A stretch of 64,000 nt of DNA, from positions 186,001 through 250,000 of IMG/VR virus record IMGVR_UViG_3300019776_000324; one strand, 5' to 3'. A program made the translations under genes and the position numbers. Below are positions 8,549-18,209 of this stretch, one piece after another. Position 1 is the first letter of the stretch. The number at the start of each line of letters is the position of its first letter. The notes beneath the pieces are model-generated. The model searched no databases and had not been told where the DNA came from. It saw nothing but the letters and a program-made list of their open reading frames with translations.

Positions 8549-8743
8549 TCATACTTTTTCATTGTTATCACCATCTTTTAAAAATTTCACTAAAGGATCT
8601 ACCTTAACCAACACACAACGACCATTGACATTTTTAACTTGAAAATAATCGCCGCTCTTCCAATCTAGTTTGTCTGTATCAAGCTCGGCGTCTAATACAA
8701 TCCTATTAGGTTCTAGGTCCCAGGTATAATCGTAGTACAGCAT
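8549..8743 (-). CDS. Hypothetical protein
   Basis: 64-aa ORF translationally coupled within the minus-strand operon. Confidence 0.55.
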   Translation of the reverse strand: MLYYDYTWDLEPNRIVLDAELDTDKLDWKSGDYFQVKNVNGRCVLVKVDPLVKFLKDGDNNEKV

Positions 8744-8883
8744 TATTCGGCCTTGTTTAAATCACTTAGTCGATCAGCACAAGCACGAATGTTTTTGCTT
8801 AATTCACCGAATCCAATTCTTTGTTCTACTTGGTGAGCAATACTGTGTAATTGCATAACTAGATATTCAATATCAAAGTCCAT
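8743..8883 (-). CDS. Hypothetical 46-aa protein (not in the ORF track)
   Basis: MDFDIEYLVMQLHSIAHQVEQRIGFGELSKNIRACADRLSDLNKAE*; TAATG overlaps at both ends. Confidence 0.55.
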   Translation of the reverse strand: MDFDIEYLVMQLHSIAHQVEQRIGFGELSKNIRACADRLSDLNKAE

Positions 8884-9164
8884 TAGTCTCTCCGTGCATC
8901 ATTCTTGCCGTCGGCACGAGCAATACGATCTGTGTCGGGCTTTAAGCCTAGTGCGTTACTGACAATAGTGTCAATACGGATAACATCGTGATTCATTGTT
9001 TTAACACGATTATCTAAGGCTGTAATAATGCCAGCCATGCCTTTAATAGCTGACAGAACTCCAGCTAGTAATAGTTTAATTGTGAGATATACAAAGTAAC
9101 CACCAGCAAGTGCAGTGGCAATTGGAAAACCTAGATCCCCAATGATTTTGAAGATTTCATTCAT
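8883..9164 (-). CDS. Small membrane protein (GFPI motif), paralogue of 7957-8253
   Basis: GDLGFPIATALAGG...ALDNRVKTMNHDVIRI; AGGAG SD and upstream ATAAATA. Confidence 0.6.
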   Translation of the reverse strand: MNEIFKIIGDLGFPIATALAGGYFVYLTIKLLLAGVLSAIKGMAGIITALDNRVKTMNHDVIRIDTIVSNALGLKPDTDRIARADGKNDARRD

Positions 9165-9228
9165 ACTCAGCTCCTTTTGTTAGAGTCTTTTTATTATGTG
9201 AGTATTTATTTTAGTTTTAAATTATTCG

Positions 9229-10527
9229 TTATGTAGGGTTTTTAAGCCATTGCACTAGCAGTTCAACATCCTTTTGTGTGCGCCAAGGCAGGTCACTGTT
9301 TACTATTTCTGCTACTTCGGGATTGTGTTTGGCAACTTCTCGTAAATCATAAAAATGTTTACCACCTTTGTGCTGATTCATTTGTTGTACACCTGCAGTC
9401 AAGTTTGTTTTAAGTTCGTTGAGGATATTGTTTTGCCAGTCTACAGAGAAAAACAATTGTTTGTTATAATCAGCAATGGCCTGTGCTTCGGCCATTTTGC
9501 GTTCTCTAACCCAGGGCATCCAGTTGGCAATTTGTTTCATAAGATCCGCAATTCTTCCCAGTCGTTCTTCTGGATCTGCACACTGATCGTATCGTTCGTC
9601 CCAAATATGACCAAAGGTTTTGAATCCATAACTGCGCAGGTATTCTAAACTGCCAGGTGTACCAGCTAATATAAAAGGTTGTCCGCAAGCAATGGGTCGC
9701 AAACTTTTTTCAGTTAAATGAAGTCTACTGTCATCAAATAATGTTTCTAGCACTACTTCTATATCTGTAGACTCGTAATCTGCAATATCAAAGTCAGCAC
9801 TGTAGTGACTTTGTGCTGTGCTAATTGGAAAGTAGTTTTCTAACACATTTGTTGGACGCCACACAGGATTTTTAAACTTGTGTAATTCATAGTGTATGCC
9901 TAACTCAGGCTCGACTGCATTAATACTCATCTTGCAATCGTTTTCTAATCCTAGACGAACTAGGAAGTCGGCAAGTTTTAATCTGTATTCTCTAGTTCCG
10001 GCCCAGGCACGATTGTAAATTAAAAATCTTTTTTCTACTTGTTTTGATTGTGTAACATGCTCGGCATAACGAAACCAATCTCTAGCAATAACAGCGTGAC
10101 TCCACCAGTAGACTGCAATGAAATTGTTGTCTTGATATTTTGCAAGCTCACTGCTATTTTTCTCTGAATGTAACAACAAGGTATAATCATAACAACTTAA
10201 AGGAGATTCAACTGCTGAGCGTAGATGCAAGCTGGCTACTTTATTGATTAGGTATTCACCACGAGTATGATATTTTCTAGAAAACTTAACAAAGTCATAC
10301 AGCATTTCTTTGGTGTATAAATCATAGTACAATGGTTCTTGATCGTGACAAATTAGATTGGCAGTTATTTGTTGTTCAAACCAAGATCGGTTGTCTTGAT
10401 ACAATGGAACCAAGTCATCAAGTTTTTTTGATCCATGAGGGAAAAACCGATAAATTATAGTATCGTTTGTGATTTGCTTTAAAACACTGTCGATGTACAA
10501 ATAAAAACGATCTAATGGAATACTCAT
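9229..10527 (-). CDS. Putative glycosyltransferase-like protein (GT10/GT-B-like C-terminal motif)
   Basis: VVLET...LTEKSLRPIACGQPFI...LRSYGFKTF...WDERYD motif. Confidence 0.55.
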   Translation of the reverse strand: MSIPLDRFYLYIDSVLKQITNDTIIYRFFPHGSKKLDDLVPLYQDNRSWFEQQITANLICHDQEPLYYDLYTKEMLYDFVKFSRKYHTRGEYLINKVASLHLRSAVESPLSCYDYTLLLHSEKNSSELAKYQDNNFIAVYWWSHAVIARDWFRYAEHVTQSKQVEKRFLIYNRAWAGTREYRLKLADFLVRLGLENDCKMSINAVEPELGIHYELHKFKNPVWRPTNVLENYFPISTAQSHYSADFDIADYESTDIEVVLETLFDDSRLHLTEKSLRPIACGQPFILAGTPGSLEYLRSYGFKTFGHIWDERYDQCADPEERLGRIADLMKQIANWMPWVRERKMAEAQAIADYNKQLFFSVDWQNNILNELKTNLTAGVQQMNQHKGGKHFYDLREVAKHNPEVAEIVNSDLPWRTQKDVELLVQWLKNPT

Positions 10528-10566
10528 ATATCGTTATTTAATAAAAAGAATCCCCTGGAACTAAAA

Positions 10567-11091
10567 ATGTCAACGCAATACACGCACAAATATCAACTTT
10601 ATCCATTTTGGGATGATGAGTACAAAAAATTAAACTATATTACAGAACCATTTAACGATCCTGTAAATGTTAGTCTTTGGTTAGGGCAAGGATATCCTCC
10701 TAACTTTGTTGGTGAGTTGTGTGACATGCGCCACCAATTACCTGCATGGAGTCGTAGATTTATAGAAATTTTTGAAGGTCAAGGCTGGAAGGATGTGGGC
10801 ATTGCCTTTTACCGTATGCACACAGGAACAGTGTTGCCCAACCATGTGGACTTGTATAAACGATATATTGAATTATTTAAACTTGAAGGCCAAGAAAAAA
10901 CTATTCGTCGTGCATTGGTACTACTTGAAGATTGGAAGTCTGGTCATTACCTGGAAATAAATGGCAGTCCTGTGGTCAATTGGCGAGCAGGTCAAGTGGT
11001 AGAGTGGGTATATGATACTCCACACATGGCAGCAAACATTGGATTAGAAGATAGATACACATTACAAATTACAGGGCACATTGATGATTAA
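10567..11091 (+). CDS. 2OG-Fe(II) dioxygenase / cupin hydroxylase-like
   Basis: HxD (NHVD), distal His (PHMAAN) and R-x-x-x-Q-I-T strand. Confidence 0.7.
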   Translation: MSTQYTHKYQLYPFWDDEYKKLNYITEPFNDPVNVSLWLGQGYPPNFVGELCDMRHQLPAWSRRFIEIFEGQGWKDVGIAFYRMHTGTVLPNHVDLYKRYIELFKLEGQEKTIRRALVLLEDWKSGHYLEINGSPVVNWRAGQVVEWVYDTPHMAANIGLEDRYTLQITGHIDD

Positions 11092-12007
11092 TAGTAGAAA
11101 TGAGTGGGATCCACTGGAAAAAATTATTGTAGGTAGTGCTACCAATGCAAACTGGCCCATGACTGATCCAGTGTTTGCAGAAGAAGCCCGCAATAGTTTA
11201 TGGACAGAAACACCAGCACCCAGTGGCCCAGTTCCACAATTTATTATTGATGAAGCAAATAGAGAGTTAGACATACTGTCCGAAACACTGGTGCGTTATG
11301 GCGCAATTGTTTACAGACCCAAGCCCATGGACTTTGTTGAAAACAAAGGCATGTACAATTACTGCCCTAGAGACCGTATGCTAGTAGCTGGCGATACATT
11401 GGTTGATTGTAATATGATGTATCCTTGCCGCAATCAAGAAAGTAAAAACTATGTCAGACTAATAGGCGAAGCTAGAAACATATTCACCATGCCTAGAGAC
11501 GAAGGCATGACACTAGACGCAGCTAATATATGTCGTTTAGGCGATACTTGGTTGTTTTTAGAATCAGCCAGCGGCAATCGTGCAGCCTATGAGTGGTTGT
11601 GTGGTAAGTTTCCTAAGATTAATATTGAGCTGGTTAATTTTTACGCAGGCGTGCATATTGATTCAACTATTACTCCGTTGCGTGAAGGATTAGTAATGCT
11701 CAATGCCGGTAGAGTAAATGCAGAAAACTGTCCTAAAGCCTTTAAAGATTGGGAAAAGATTTGGGTTACTGAGGATATGATTGTACCACAGAGCTTTTAC
11801 CAATATCCATATGCTAGCAAGTGGATTGCTATGAACTTGTTGGTATTAGACCCTGAAACAGTTATTATAGATGCTGCCCAAACTCAGCTAATTAATATAC
11901 TAAAGAGCAAGGGCATTGATAGTATTCCACTTACACTAAGTCATAGTAGAACATTAGGTGGTGGATTCCATTGCGTTACTTTAGACACCAGGAGACGACA
12001 TGCTTGA
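11084..12007 (+). CDS. Amidinotransferase (glycine/inosamine-phosphate amidinotransferase family)
   Basis: NEWDPLEKIIVG, YCPRD, DAAN, HIDST, GGGFHCVTLD (catalytic Asp/His/Cys). Confidence 0.9.
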   Translation: MINSRNEWDPLEKIIVGSATNANWPMTDPVFAEEARNSLWTETPAPSGPVPQFIIDEANRELDILSETLVRYGAIVYRPKPMDFVENKGMYNYCPRDRMLVAGDTLVDCNMMYPCRNQESKNYVRLIGEARNIFTMPRDEGMTLDAANICRLGDTWLFLESASGNRAAYEWLCGKFPKINIELVNFYAGVHIDSTITPLREGLVMLNAGRVNAENCPKAFKDWEKIWVTEDMIVPQSFYQYPYASKWIAMNLLVLDPETVIIDAAQTQLINILKSKGIDSIPLTLSHSRTLGGGFHCVTLDTRRRHA

Positions 12008-13274
12008 TCCTAATGCTATAACACGCATGATTGAAGACCAAATTACTAAAACAGTTAATGAGCAGATATTAACTGTAATGAGTTCTGACCAATGGTTAGA
12101 AAGTCTTGAGCAAAAAATACTACAGTACACTCAAGATCGTATATTGAGCAAATTTGCTAATGCATCAACTATGCCAGAAATTGTTAGTGCAGTCAAAGAC
12201 AGTGTCAGCAAATTGTTTGATGAAGGAAAAATACCCGGAGTAGAAGAGTTTGTTAACCCTGCGGTTATTAAGTCAACAATTGATCAAGCAGTTGAACAAT
12301 ATACACAAGCATCCGTTGAGCAATTTGGCCAAGATCCAAGATGGCAAGCCAGAGTTGAAGCACAAATCAATCAAGCTATCACGCAAAATACATTAGCAGT
12401 ACTAGGGTCTATTGATCTTAACCCAATTATCAAACAACGGGTTGATGACAATATGACCGTGTTCCGTCAAGACATATTAAAAGAGTTTGCAAGCACTGGT
12501 ATTAGCGATCAAGCCTCTGCATGTCAGTTAACTGTGATGGACGATACTGTGGTAGTAGAGAATTGCTTGACTGCACACAGTATAAATGTTGTAGAATCTG
12601 CTACCATACAAAATTTAGTAGTCAAAGGATCAATCAACACTGATAATTTTGCTTGGTCGCAACTGTCTGCAGATATCAGTCAAAAAACCCTGGATAGTTT
12701 AACAACAGAATGGCAAGGAAACTTGGTTAAACAAGTAGCTGATCATATTGTTGAAAACGGTATTGATTTTAAACAAGTCACGGTTGATGGCATAAAGTTA
12801 ATTGACGGTAATCGTTTATCAAGATCAATTACACAAACAAATATACAGTCATTGGGAGTGTTGGACACTTTATCAGTAACTGGAGAAGCACAGATTGGTG
12901 CTGCAAACATTCTAAAAACTCGTGTAGGAATCAACACTGATCTGCCAGACATGGCATTAAGTGTATGGGATGAAGAAGTATCAGTCAGCATTGGTAAATT
13001 TAAAAGCGATCAGGCCTTTGTGGGCACCAGCAGATTGCAAGGATTGGTTATAGGAGTAAATCGCCAGCCACAAATTGAAATTACTTCAGACGGGTTGACT
13101 CGAATTAAAAAACTTCAATTAGGCCTACATAAAGTTAGTTTTGAACCAGCAGTGCCAGGCTGGTCCGGTACTCGTGGCGACATGGTGTTTAATTCTAATC
13201 CAGGAGCAGATCGTGTGTTTGCCTGGGTATGCTTGGGCGCATTTAAATGGCAACCACTTAAGAGTGCAGAATGA
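12000..13274 (+). CDS. Hypothetical protein, possibly virion-associated (helical N-half, beta-rich C-half)
   Basis: TQTNIQSLGVLDTLSVTG resembles the fibre repeat; C-terminal GDMVFNSNP..WVC...W. Confidence 0.5.
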   Translation: MLDPNAITRMIEDQITKTVNEQILTVMSSDQWLESLEQKILQYTQDRILSKFANASTMPEIVSAVKDSVSKLFDEGKIPGVEEFVNPAVIKSTIDQAVEQYTQASVEQFGQDPRWQARVEAQINQAITQNTLAVLGSIDLNPIIKQRVDDNMTVFRQDILKEFASTGISDQASACQLTVMDDTVVVENCLTAHSINVVESATIQNLVVKGSINTDNFAWSQLSADISQKTLDSLTTEWQGNLVKQVADHIVENGIDFKQVTVDGIKLIDGNRLSRSITQTNIQSLGVLDTLSVTGEAQIGAANILKTRVGINTDLPDMALSVWDEEVSVSIGKFKSDQAFVGTSRLQGLVIGVNRQPQIEITSDGLTRIKKLQLGLHKVSFEPAVPGWSGTRGDMVFNSNPGADRVFAWVCLGAFKWQPLKSAE

Positions 13275-13822
13275 ATGTAAGCTGGGTATTATCTGATTCA
13301 GTAGTGCTAGATCCAACTCTGGATGTCACTCCACTCAAAAATATTGGAAGTTTCTGGGGATCGTGGTCTACTTGGCGTAGTTGCCAAACTGACAATGTAA
13401 TATGCAATGATCCTGTCAAAGCCGCAGAACTAATTAAACGAGAGTTTCAAAAAACTTGTAATTTTTATATTTCAAATTCAATATTTCAACAGTTAGGACG
13501 ACCAGAAGGAGTTAGACTCTACGGTGGTGCGTTCGAACATGATGTAGATCATCAAGACGACATTGTAGCCATGCATCTAGTTACTGGTACCAGCGATATA
13601 GTGCTACTGTTGGGATTTGATTTGACTGATCATGCACCAAACCCAGATAGATTAGAACAGCATCGTCGAATGAATTACAGAGGATTGATTCGGCAAGCAA
13701 TAACAGATAATGAGCATATACAATGGGTACTAGTAGACCATCCAGGAGAAATTGGTAAAGACATGATTTTGGATAATCTTACCAAAGACTCCATGTCTAG
13801 TGTGTTGAAATTACTAGATTGA
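13271..13822 (+). CDS. Hypothetical protein
   Basis: 183-aa coupled ORF; IVLLLGFD motif. Confidence 0.6.
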   Translation: MNVSWVLSDSVVLDPTLDVTPLKNIGSFWGSWSTWRSCQTDNVICNDPVKAAELIKREFQKTCNFYISNSIFQQLGRPEGVRLYGGAFEHDVDHQDDIVAMHLVTGTSDIVLLLGFDLTDHAPNPDRLEQHRRMNYRGLIRQAITDNEHIQWVLVDHPGEIGKDMILDNLTKDSMSSVLKLLD

Positions 13823-13854
13823 CAAAATAAGTCATTTAGTTGTATAATAGCTGT

Positions 13855-14883
13855 ATGACTACAACTACAGCTCCTCGTATTGGTTTTGCTTGCAAATGGA
13901 TCGATGAACCCAGCCAGGTCAACGGCATTAAGCCCAAAGATCCAGCAAAAGCATATAACACTGGATCAACCACAGTGCGCTGGCTAAACAACCAAACTCG
14001 AGATGTAGCCGAACAAAAGTTGTGGGACTTAATGGTTCAAAATATTGAATCGACCCGTAAACTAGTAGAAAGAGTAGGTACATTAAATGATAATCTTAGA
14101 ATGGTCCGCCTTAGCAGTGATCTCTTGCCTGTCTATACTCATGACGATTGGAAGTATTTTTGGCGCCGTGAAGATGTTAGACAGTACGCAGAAACTCACT
14201 TTGAACAAGTGGGTAACTTGGCAAGGTCATCTAATACTCGTCTCAGTTTCCATCCTGGGCAATTTACTGTGTTGGCATCTGATAACCCGGGCATTGTTGA
14301 CCGTTCAATAGAGGAGTTTGAGTATCATGCAGATATGGTCCGTTGGATGGGTTTCGGAAAAGAATTCCAAGATTATAAGATTAACGTACACATCTCAGGC
14401 CGTCAAGGGCCAGAAGGTATCAGAGCCGCCTACAAGAGATTGTCACCTGAGGCTCGTAACTGCATCACCATCGAAAACGAGGAAATAACACATGGGCTCC
14501 AACATACTCTTATGCTTTCTGATATTGTTCCTACTGTCTTGGACATTCATCATCACTGGGTCCGCGAGGGCGAATACATACACCCCAGAAGCGACAATTG
14601 TAAAAGAGTTATTGACAGTTGGAGGGGTACTCGTCCTACTATTCATTATGCTCTTAGTCGTGAAGATTATCTTGTCGGACATGATGCGACCTGTGCCCCC
14701 GACCATAAAGCACTTCTCGAATCCGGGCATAGTAAGCAAAAACTAAGAGCGCATTCGGACTTCTATTGGAATCATGCTACTAATGAATGGGCATTGAGTT
14801 TCTTAGAAGATTTTGATATTATGTGCGAGTCTAAGGGCAAGAATCTTGCTAGTCGTGCATTATATGAGCAATGGAAAAAGTAG
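13855..14883 (+). CDS. uvsE: UV-damage endonuclease (UvsE/UVDE)
   Basis: RIGFACK, RLSSDLLP, RLSFHPGQF, INVHISG, ITIENEE, LDIHHHW, AHSD, DIMCESKGK; TTGACA/TATAAT promoter at 13819-13848. Confidence 0.93.
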   Translation: MTTTTAPRIGFACKWIDEPSQVNGIKPKDPAKAYNTGSTTVRWLNNQTRDVAEQKLWDLMVQNIESTRKLVERVGTLNDNLRMVRLSSDLLPVYTHDDWKYFWRREDVRQYAETHFEQVGNLARSSNTRLSFHPGQFTVLASDNPGIVDRSIEEFEYHADMVRWMGFGKEFQDYKINVHISGRQGPEGIRAAYKRLSPEARNCITIENEEITHGLQHTLMLSDIVPTVLDIHHHWVREGEYIHPRSDNCKRVIDSWRGTRPTIHYALSREDYLVGHDATCAPDHKALLESGHSKQKLRAHSDFYWNHATNEWALSFLEDFDIMCESKGKNLASRALYEQWKK

Positions 14884-15098
14884 ACTATCAAGATCCACCG
14901 CCTAATTGGACAAGTATTATAATATTGTGGAACGATATTCTTTCTGGTCCTGACTATCGTATTAGAGATATATTAGAGTGGATAGATGATGCTCCCGGTG
15001 GCCGATATCACTTACACGGACACCAGTTTGACAAAGGATTTGATTTTAGATTTGAACGCCCAGAAGATGCAACATATTTTAAATTAAGGTGGTTATAG
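14871..15098 (+). CDS. Small protein of a paralogous family ending F-x-F-x4-DA-x2-F-x-L-x-W
   Basis: Shares its C-terminal pattern with 41409-41654 and 42034-42270. Confidence 0.6.
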   Translation: MEKVDYQDPPPNWTSIIILWNDILSGPDYRIRDILEWIDDAPGGRYHLHGHQFDKGFDFRFERPEDATYFKLRWL

Positions 15099-15388
15099 TG
15101 GAATGGATTACAAACAGTTGGCAGTATGTTAAACAAGATTGGGCAAGTAATCGAGTTAGATTCTGCGCAGAAGTATTTGCGTGGTCGTGTAGTGTAACTA
15201 GTGCTGTAATCTTTGCCGTTACAGTTCCAGATATTCCTGTAGTGCCGCTTTACAGTATTTTTATTGCTGGATGTTGTGCTAGTGCCTGGGCTTGTTGGAC
15301 TAGACGGAGTTTTGGATTGCTCGCCAACTCCGCCTTCCTAGTTACTATTGATAGTATAGGATTAATCCGGTATTTCTTACAGCATTAA
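15089..15388 (+). CDS. Small integral membrane protein (3 TM)
   Basis: Three hydrophobic segments. Confidence 0.6.
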   Translation: MVIVEWITNSWQYVKQDWASNRVRFCAEVFAWSCSVTSAVIFAVTVPDIPVVPLYSIFIAGCCASAWACWTRRSFGLLANSAFLVTIDSIGLIRYFLQH

Positions 15389-15594
15389 ACCTTAGGAGCT
15401 TTAGGTTTACGGGCAGTTTTGGCCTTTACACCGGGTTTCTTTTCACCTTGGATTTTTGCTGGACGAGTAGTAGCCTTCTTAACAGTAGGTTTTTTAACTT
15501 CTACTGGTTGCTCCACCTTGGGTGCTTCCACCTTGTATGGTGCTGGTGTTTCTGCTGGTTTAGAGCCAAAAAGTTTCTTAAAAAATTCTAACAT
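15385..15594 (-). CDS. Lys/Pro/Ala-rich basic protein
   Basis: MLEFFKKLFG amphipathic start after AGGAG SD; histone-H1-like low-complexity tail. Confidence 0.6.
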   Translation of the reverse strand: MLEFFKKLFGSKPAETPAPYKVEAPKVEQPVEVKKPTVKKATTRPAKIQGEKKPGVKAKTARKPKAPKV

Positions 15595-15787
15595 AATAAT
15601 CTCCTTATGCATGTATTTAACCGTTTTAATCATTAACGGTTAATATTATTATTGCATTGCCGCAATATATACTATATACTACTAGTGAAAACCATGAGAG
15701 AAAATACTATGCCAAAACATGAACGAATTGCTTTATTGCTATTGTTGGCAATACTAGCAGTCATGCTGGTAACCATTTAAGATTATT

Positions 15788-15934
15788 ATGACAAAAATTA
15801 TAGAACAATTTATGCACTTATTTGCCAAGGATGCAAGTGCCCTAGAACAATTCCTAAACTCACGCAATTTAAAAACCCATGCAGATGTAGAGTTTTGGAC
15901 ACGCTATTTTGAAAATAAAGGAAAAGTATTATGA
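15788..15934 (+). CDS. 48-aa protein, DUF3563-like (not in the ORF track)
   Basis: MTKIIEQFMHLFAKDASALEQFLNSRNLKTHADVEFWTRYFENKGKVL*; coupled to a 46-aa ORF at 15931-16071. Confidence 0.5.
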   Translation: MTKIIEQFMHLFAKDASALEQFLNSRNLKTHADVEFWTRYFENKGKVL

Positions 15935-16070
15935 AAATTATCAACGCAATTGTAAGTTTTATTCAAAGCATACGCGAAGCAAACTATGCAGCAAATTTAG
16001 CCCGTAACGGCAAAATTAAAGAATCTCAGTCTTGCTACGCTGATGCCAAAGGTATTTGTAGAGGTCTATA

Positions 16071-16625
16071 ATGATCATTACAGAATTTTTACCCGTTCAA
16101 CACTATAAACAGTTTGGCGATTGGCTAGAAATTCAAGACGAAGAAACTCGTCAACTGTACTTTGGTGTAGCTGGTAGTCAACATGTGATCAACGCACTAA
16201 TGGATCGTGTACTAGCGAACCCAGACGATCATTATTTTTTAGTGGCCAAAGACGGTGCTCGTTGGGTTGGTACTATTCATATCGCTGTCAGCAACACAGT
16301 AGTAGAATTTGGTGTGATTGTTGACGAAGAATATCGTGGACAAGGAGTTGCTAATATCTTAATGGATGAAGCTCTTATTTGGGCCCGAAATCGTGGCTAT
16401 AAAGAATTGTTTATGCATTGTTTAGGTTGGAACAAGCCTATACAGCATTTGTGCCACAAGCATGGGCTGGAAACTCACAACATGTATGGTGATAGCGAAG
16501 TCGAGATAAAGTTAGACCCAGCTAATTGGATTACTATCAACAAAGAAATCTGCATAAAACAACGCAACTTGTTCCACACATTCTTGCAGAATAATAGCAT
16601 GTTATATCGTGAGATGTACGGTTAA
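16071..16625 (+). CDS. GNAT family N-acetyltransferase
   Basis: VEFGVIVDEEYRGQGVANILM acetyl-CoA motif A. Confidence 0.85.
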   Translation: MIITEFLPVQHYKQFGDWLEIQDEETRQLYFGVAGSQHVINALMDRVLANPDDHYFLVAKDGARWVGTIHIAVSNTVVEFGVIVDEEYRGQGVANILMDEALIWARNRGYKELFMHCLGWNKPIQHLCHKHGLETHNMYGDSEVEIKLDPANWITINKEICIKQRNLFHTFLQNNSMLYREMYG

Positions 16626-16632
16626 ATACTAG

Positions 16633-17337
16633 ATGACTACAATCATAGCAACCCTGGTAATGGTCCAACTTACCATAGCGTGTGTGACACTATATTTGCA
16701 CCGCGGAGTATGTCACCGAGCTGTTTCATATAATCCTGTGGTAGAACATGTCATGCGCTTTTGGCTTTGGTTAACAACCGGCATGGTTACTAAACAATGG
16801 GTAGCAATACATCGCAAGCATCATCAACGGTCAGACCAAGAAGGTGACCCACATAGCCCACAAATCTACGGCATCAAGCGTGTGTTGTTTGGTGGTGCAT
16901 TTTTATATCATGCGGCCAGCAAAGACAAGGCCATGGTTGAAAAGCTAGGAGTAGGCACACCCGACGACTGGATTGAACGGAACCTTTACACTCCACACAG
17001 CAGACTTGGCATTAGTATTATGCTTATCATTGATCTATGCTTGTTTGGCCTATGGGGCTGGTTAGTCTGGGGCATTCAAATGATTTGGGTTCCATTCTGG
17101 GCTGCTGGTGTAATCAACGGTCTAGGGCATTGGGTTGGATATCGCAACACTGATACCGCAGATACCAGTCGTAATTTAATTCCTATAGCTGTATGGATTG
17201 GTGGTGAAGAGTTGCATAATGGGCATCACGCAGATGGTGCCAATGCCAAGTTCAGTACCAAATGGTGGGAGTTTGATATTGGCTGGATGTATATTACAAT
17301 TCTTAAAAAATTAGGGCTGGCTCAAGTTCGTCAATAA
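16633..17337 (+). CDS. Membrane fatty-acid (acyl-CoA/lipid delta-9-type) desaturase
   Basis: His boxes LHRGVCH, HRKHH, HNGHH; DPHSP; WWEFDIGW. Confidence 0.93.
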   Translation: MTTIIATLVMVQLTIACVTLYLHRGVCHRAVSYNPVVEHVMRFWLWLTTGMVTKQWVAIHRKHHQRSDQEGDPHSPQIYGIKRVLFGGAFLYHAASKDKAMVEKLGVGTPDDWIERNLYTPHSRLGISIMLIIDLCLFGLWGWLVWGIQMIWVPFWAAGVINGLGHWVGYRNTDTADTSRNLIPIAVWIGGEELHNGHHADGANAKFSTKWWEFDIGWMYITILKKLGLAQVRQ

Positions 17338-17345
17338 GTATTTTG

Positions 17346-18086
17346 ATGAAAATTGTGCTGGTCACCGGTGGGTTTGACCCTGTCCATTCTGGACATATTT
17401 CTTATTTTAAAGCAGCTCGCACCATGGGCGACATGTTGATCGTTGGACTCAACAGCGACGAATGGCTTGAGCGTAAAAAGGGTCGTGCATTTATGCCCTG
17501 GAATGAAAGATTATGTGTTATTAATAATCTCTCCATGGTTGATGAAGTGTTTACTTTCAACGACGAAGATGGCACAGCCAAGCATTTTATTCAACAGGTC
17601 AGAGCACACTATCCTGAAGCTGATTTGATATTTGCCAATGGTGGAGATCGCACAGCAACAAATATTCCAGAAATGGATTGTGCTGATAAAAATTTATATT
17701 TTGCATTTGGAGTTGGTGGCGAAAATAAATCTAATAGTTCAAGTTGGATCTTGCAAGAGTGGAAAGCACCTAAAACAGAACGCCCGTGGGGACATTATCG
17801 TGTACTGCATGAAGCGCCTGGCATGAAAGTCAAAGAGCTCACAGTAGAACCTGGAAAAAGTTTAAGCATGCAACGACATGCTCAACGCAGAGAATACTGG
17901 GTAGTAGAAGAAGGCAACTGCAAGGTTGAAACAGATACCAGTACATTGTTGTTGGATACACATCAAACTATAGATATTCCAGTGGGTTCGTGGCACCGTT
18001 TAAGCAACCCATTTACTAACCCTTGTAGAATTGTGGAAATACAGTATGGCACAGCCTGCGAAGAATCGGACATAGAGCGTAAGTAA
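17346..18086 (+). CDS. Cytidylyltransferase-like (HIGH) domain fused to a mannose-6-P isomerase type II cupin
   Basis: TGGFDPVHSGH, GLNSD, FANGGDR; then ERPWG..., LSMQRH, WHRLSNP, IVEIQYG. Confidence 0.85.
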   Translation: MKIVLVTGGFDPVHSGHISYFKAARTMGDMLIVGLNSDEWLERKKGRAFMPWNERLCVINNLSMVDEVFTFNDEDGTAKHFIQQVRAHYPEADLIFANGGDRTATNIPEMDCADKNLYFAFGVGGENKSNSSSWILQEWKAPKTERPWGHYRVLHEAPGMKVKELTVEPGKSLSMQRHAQRREYWVVEEGNCKVETDTSTLLLDTHQTIDIPVGSWHRLSNPFTNPCRIVEIQYGTACEESDIERK

Positions 18087-18101
18087 TTTCACCAAAAAGA
18101 C

Positions 18102-18130
18102 TTGCAAAATGTTGCAGTGCAATATATAAT
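18102..18130 (+). promoter_or_regulatory. Sigma70 promoter with a palindromic PhaR-like operator in the spacer
   Basis: TTGCAA-17-TATAAT; TTGCA-G-TGCAA palindrome at 18112-18122. Confidence 0.6.
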
Positions 18131-18154
18131 AGATAAATAAGTTAGAGAAAACAA

Positions 18155-18209
18155 GTTAGTGCCGATGGTCGGGCTAACGCAGAAGCTCGCTTAATTTAGG
18201 AGATTTACC
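18155..18209 (+). promoter_or_regulatory. Second copy of the hsp20-type structured leader
   Basis: GTTAG/CTAAC stem around TGCCGATGGTCGGG; CTCGCT-taattt-AGGAG. Confidence 0.7.
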
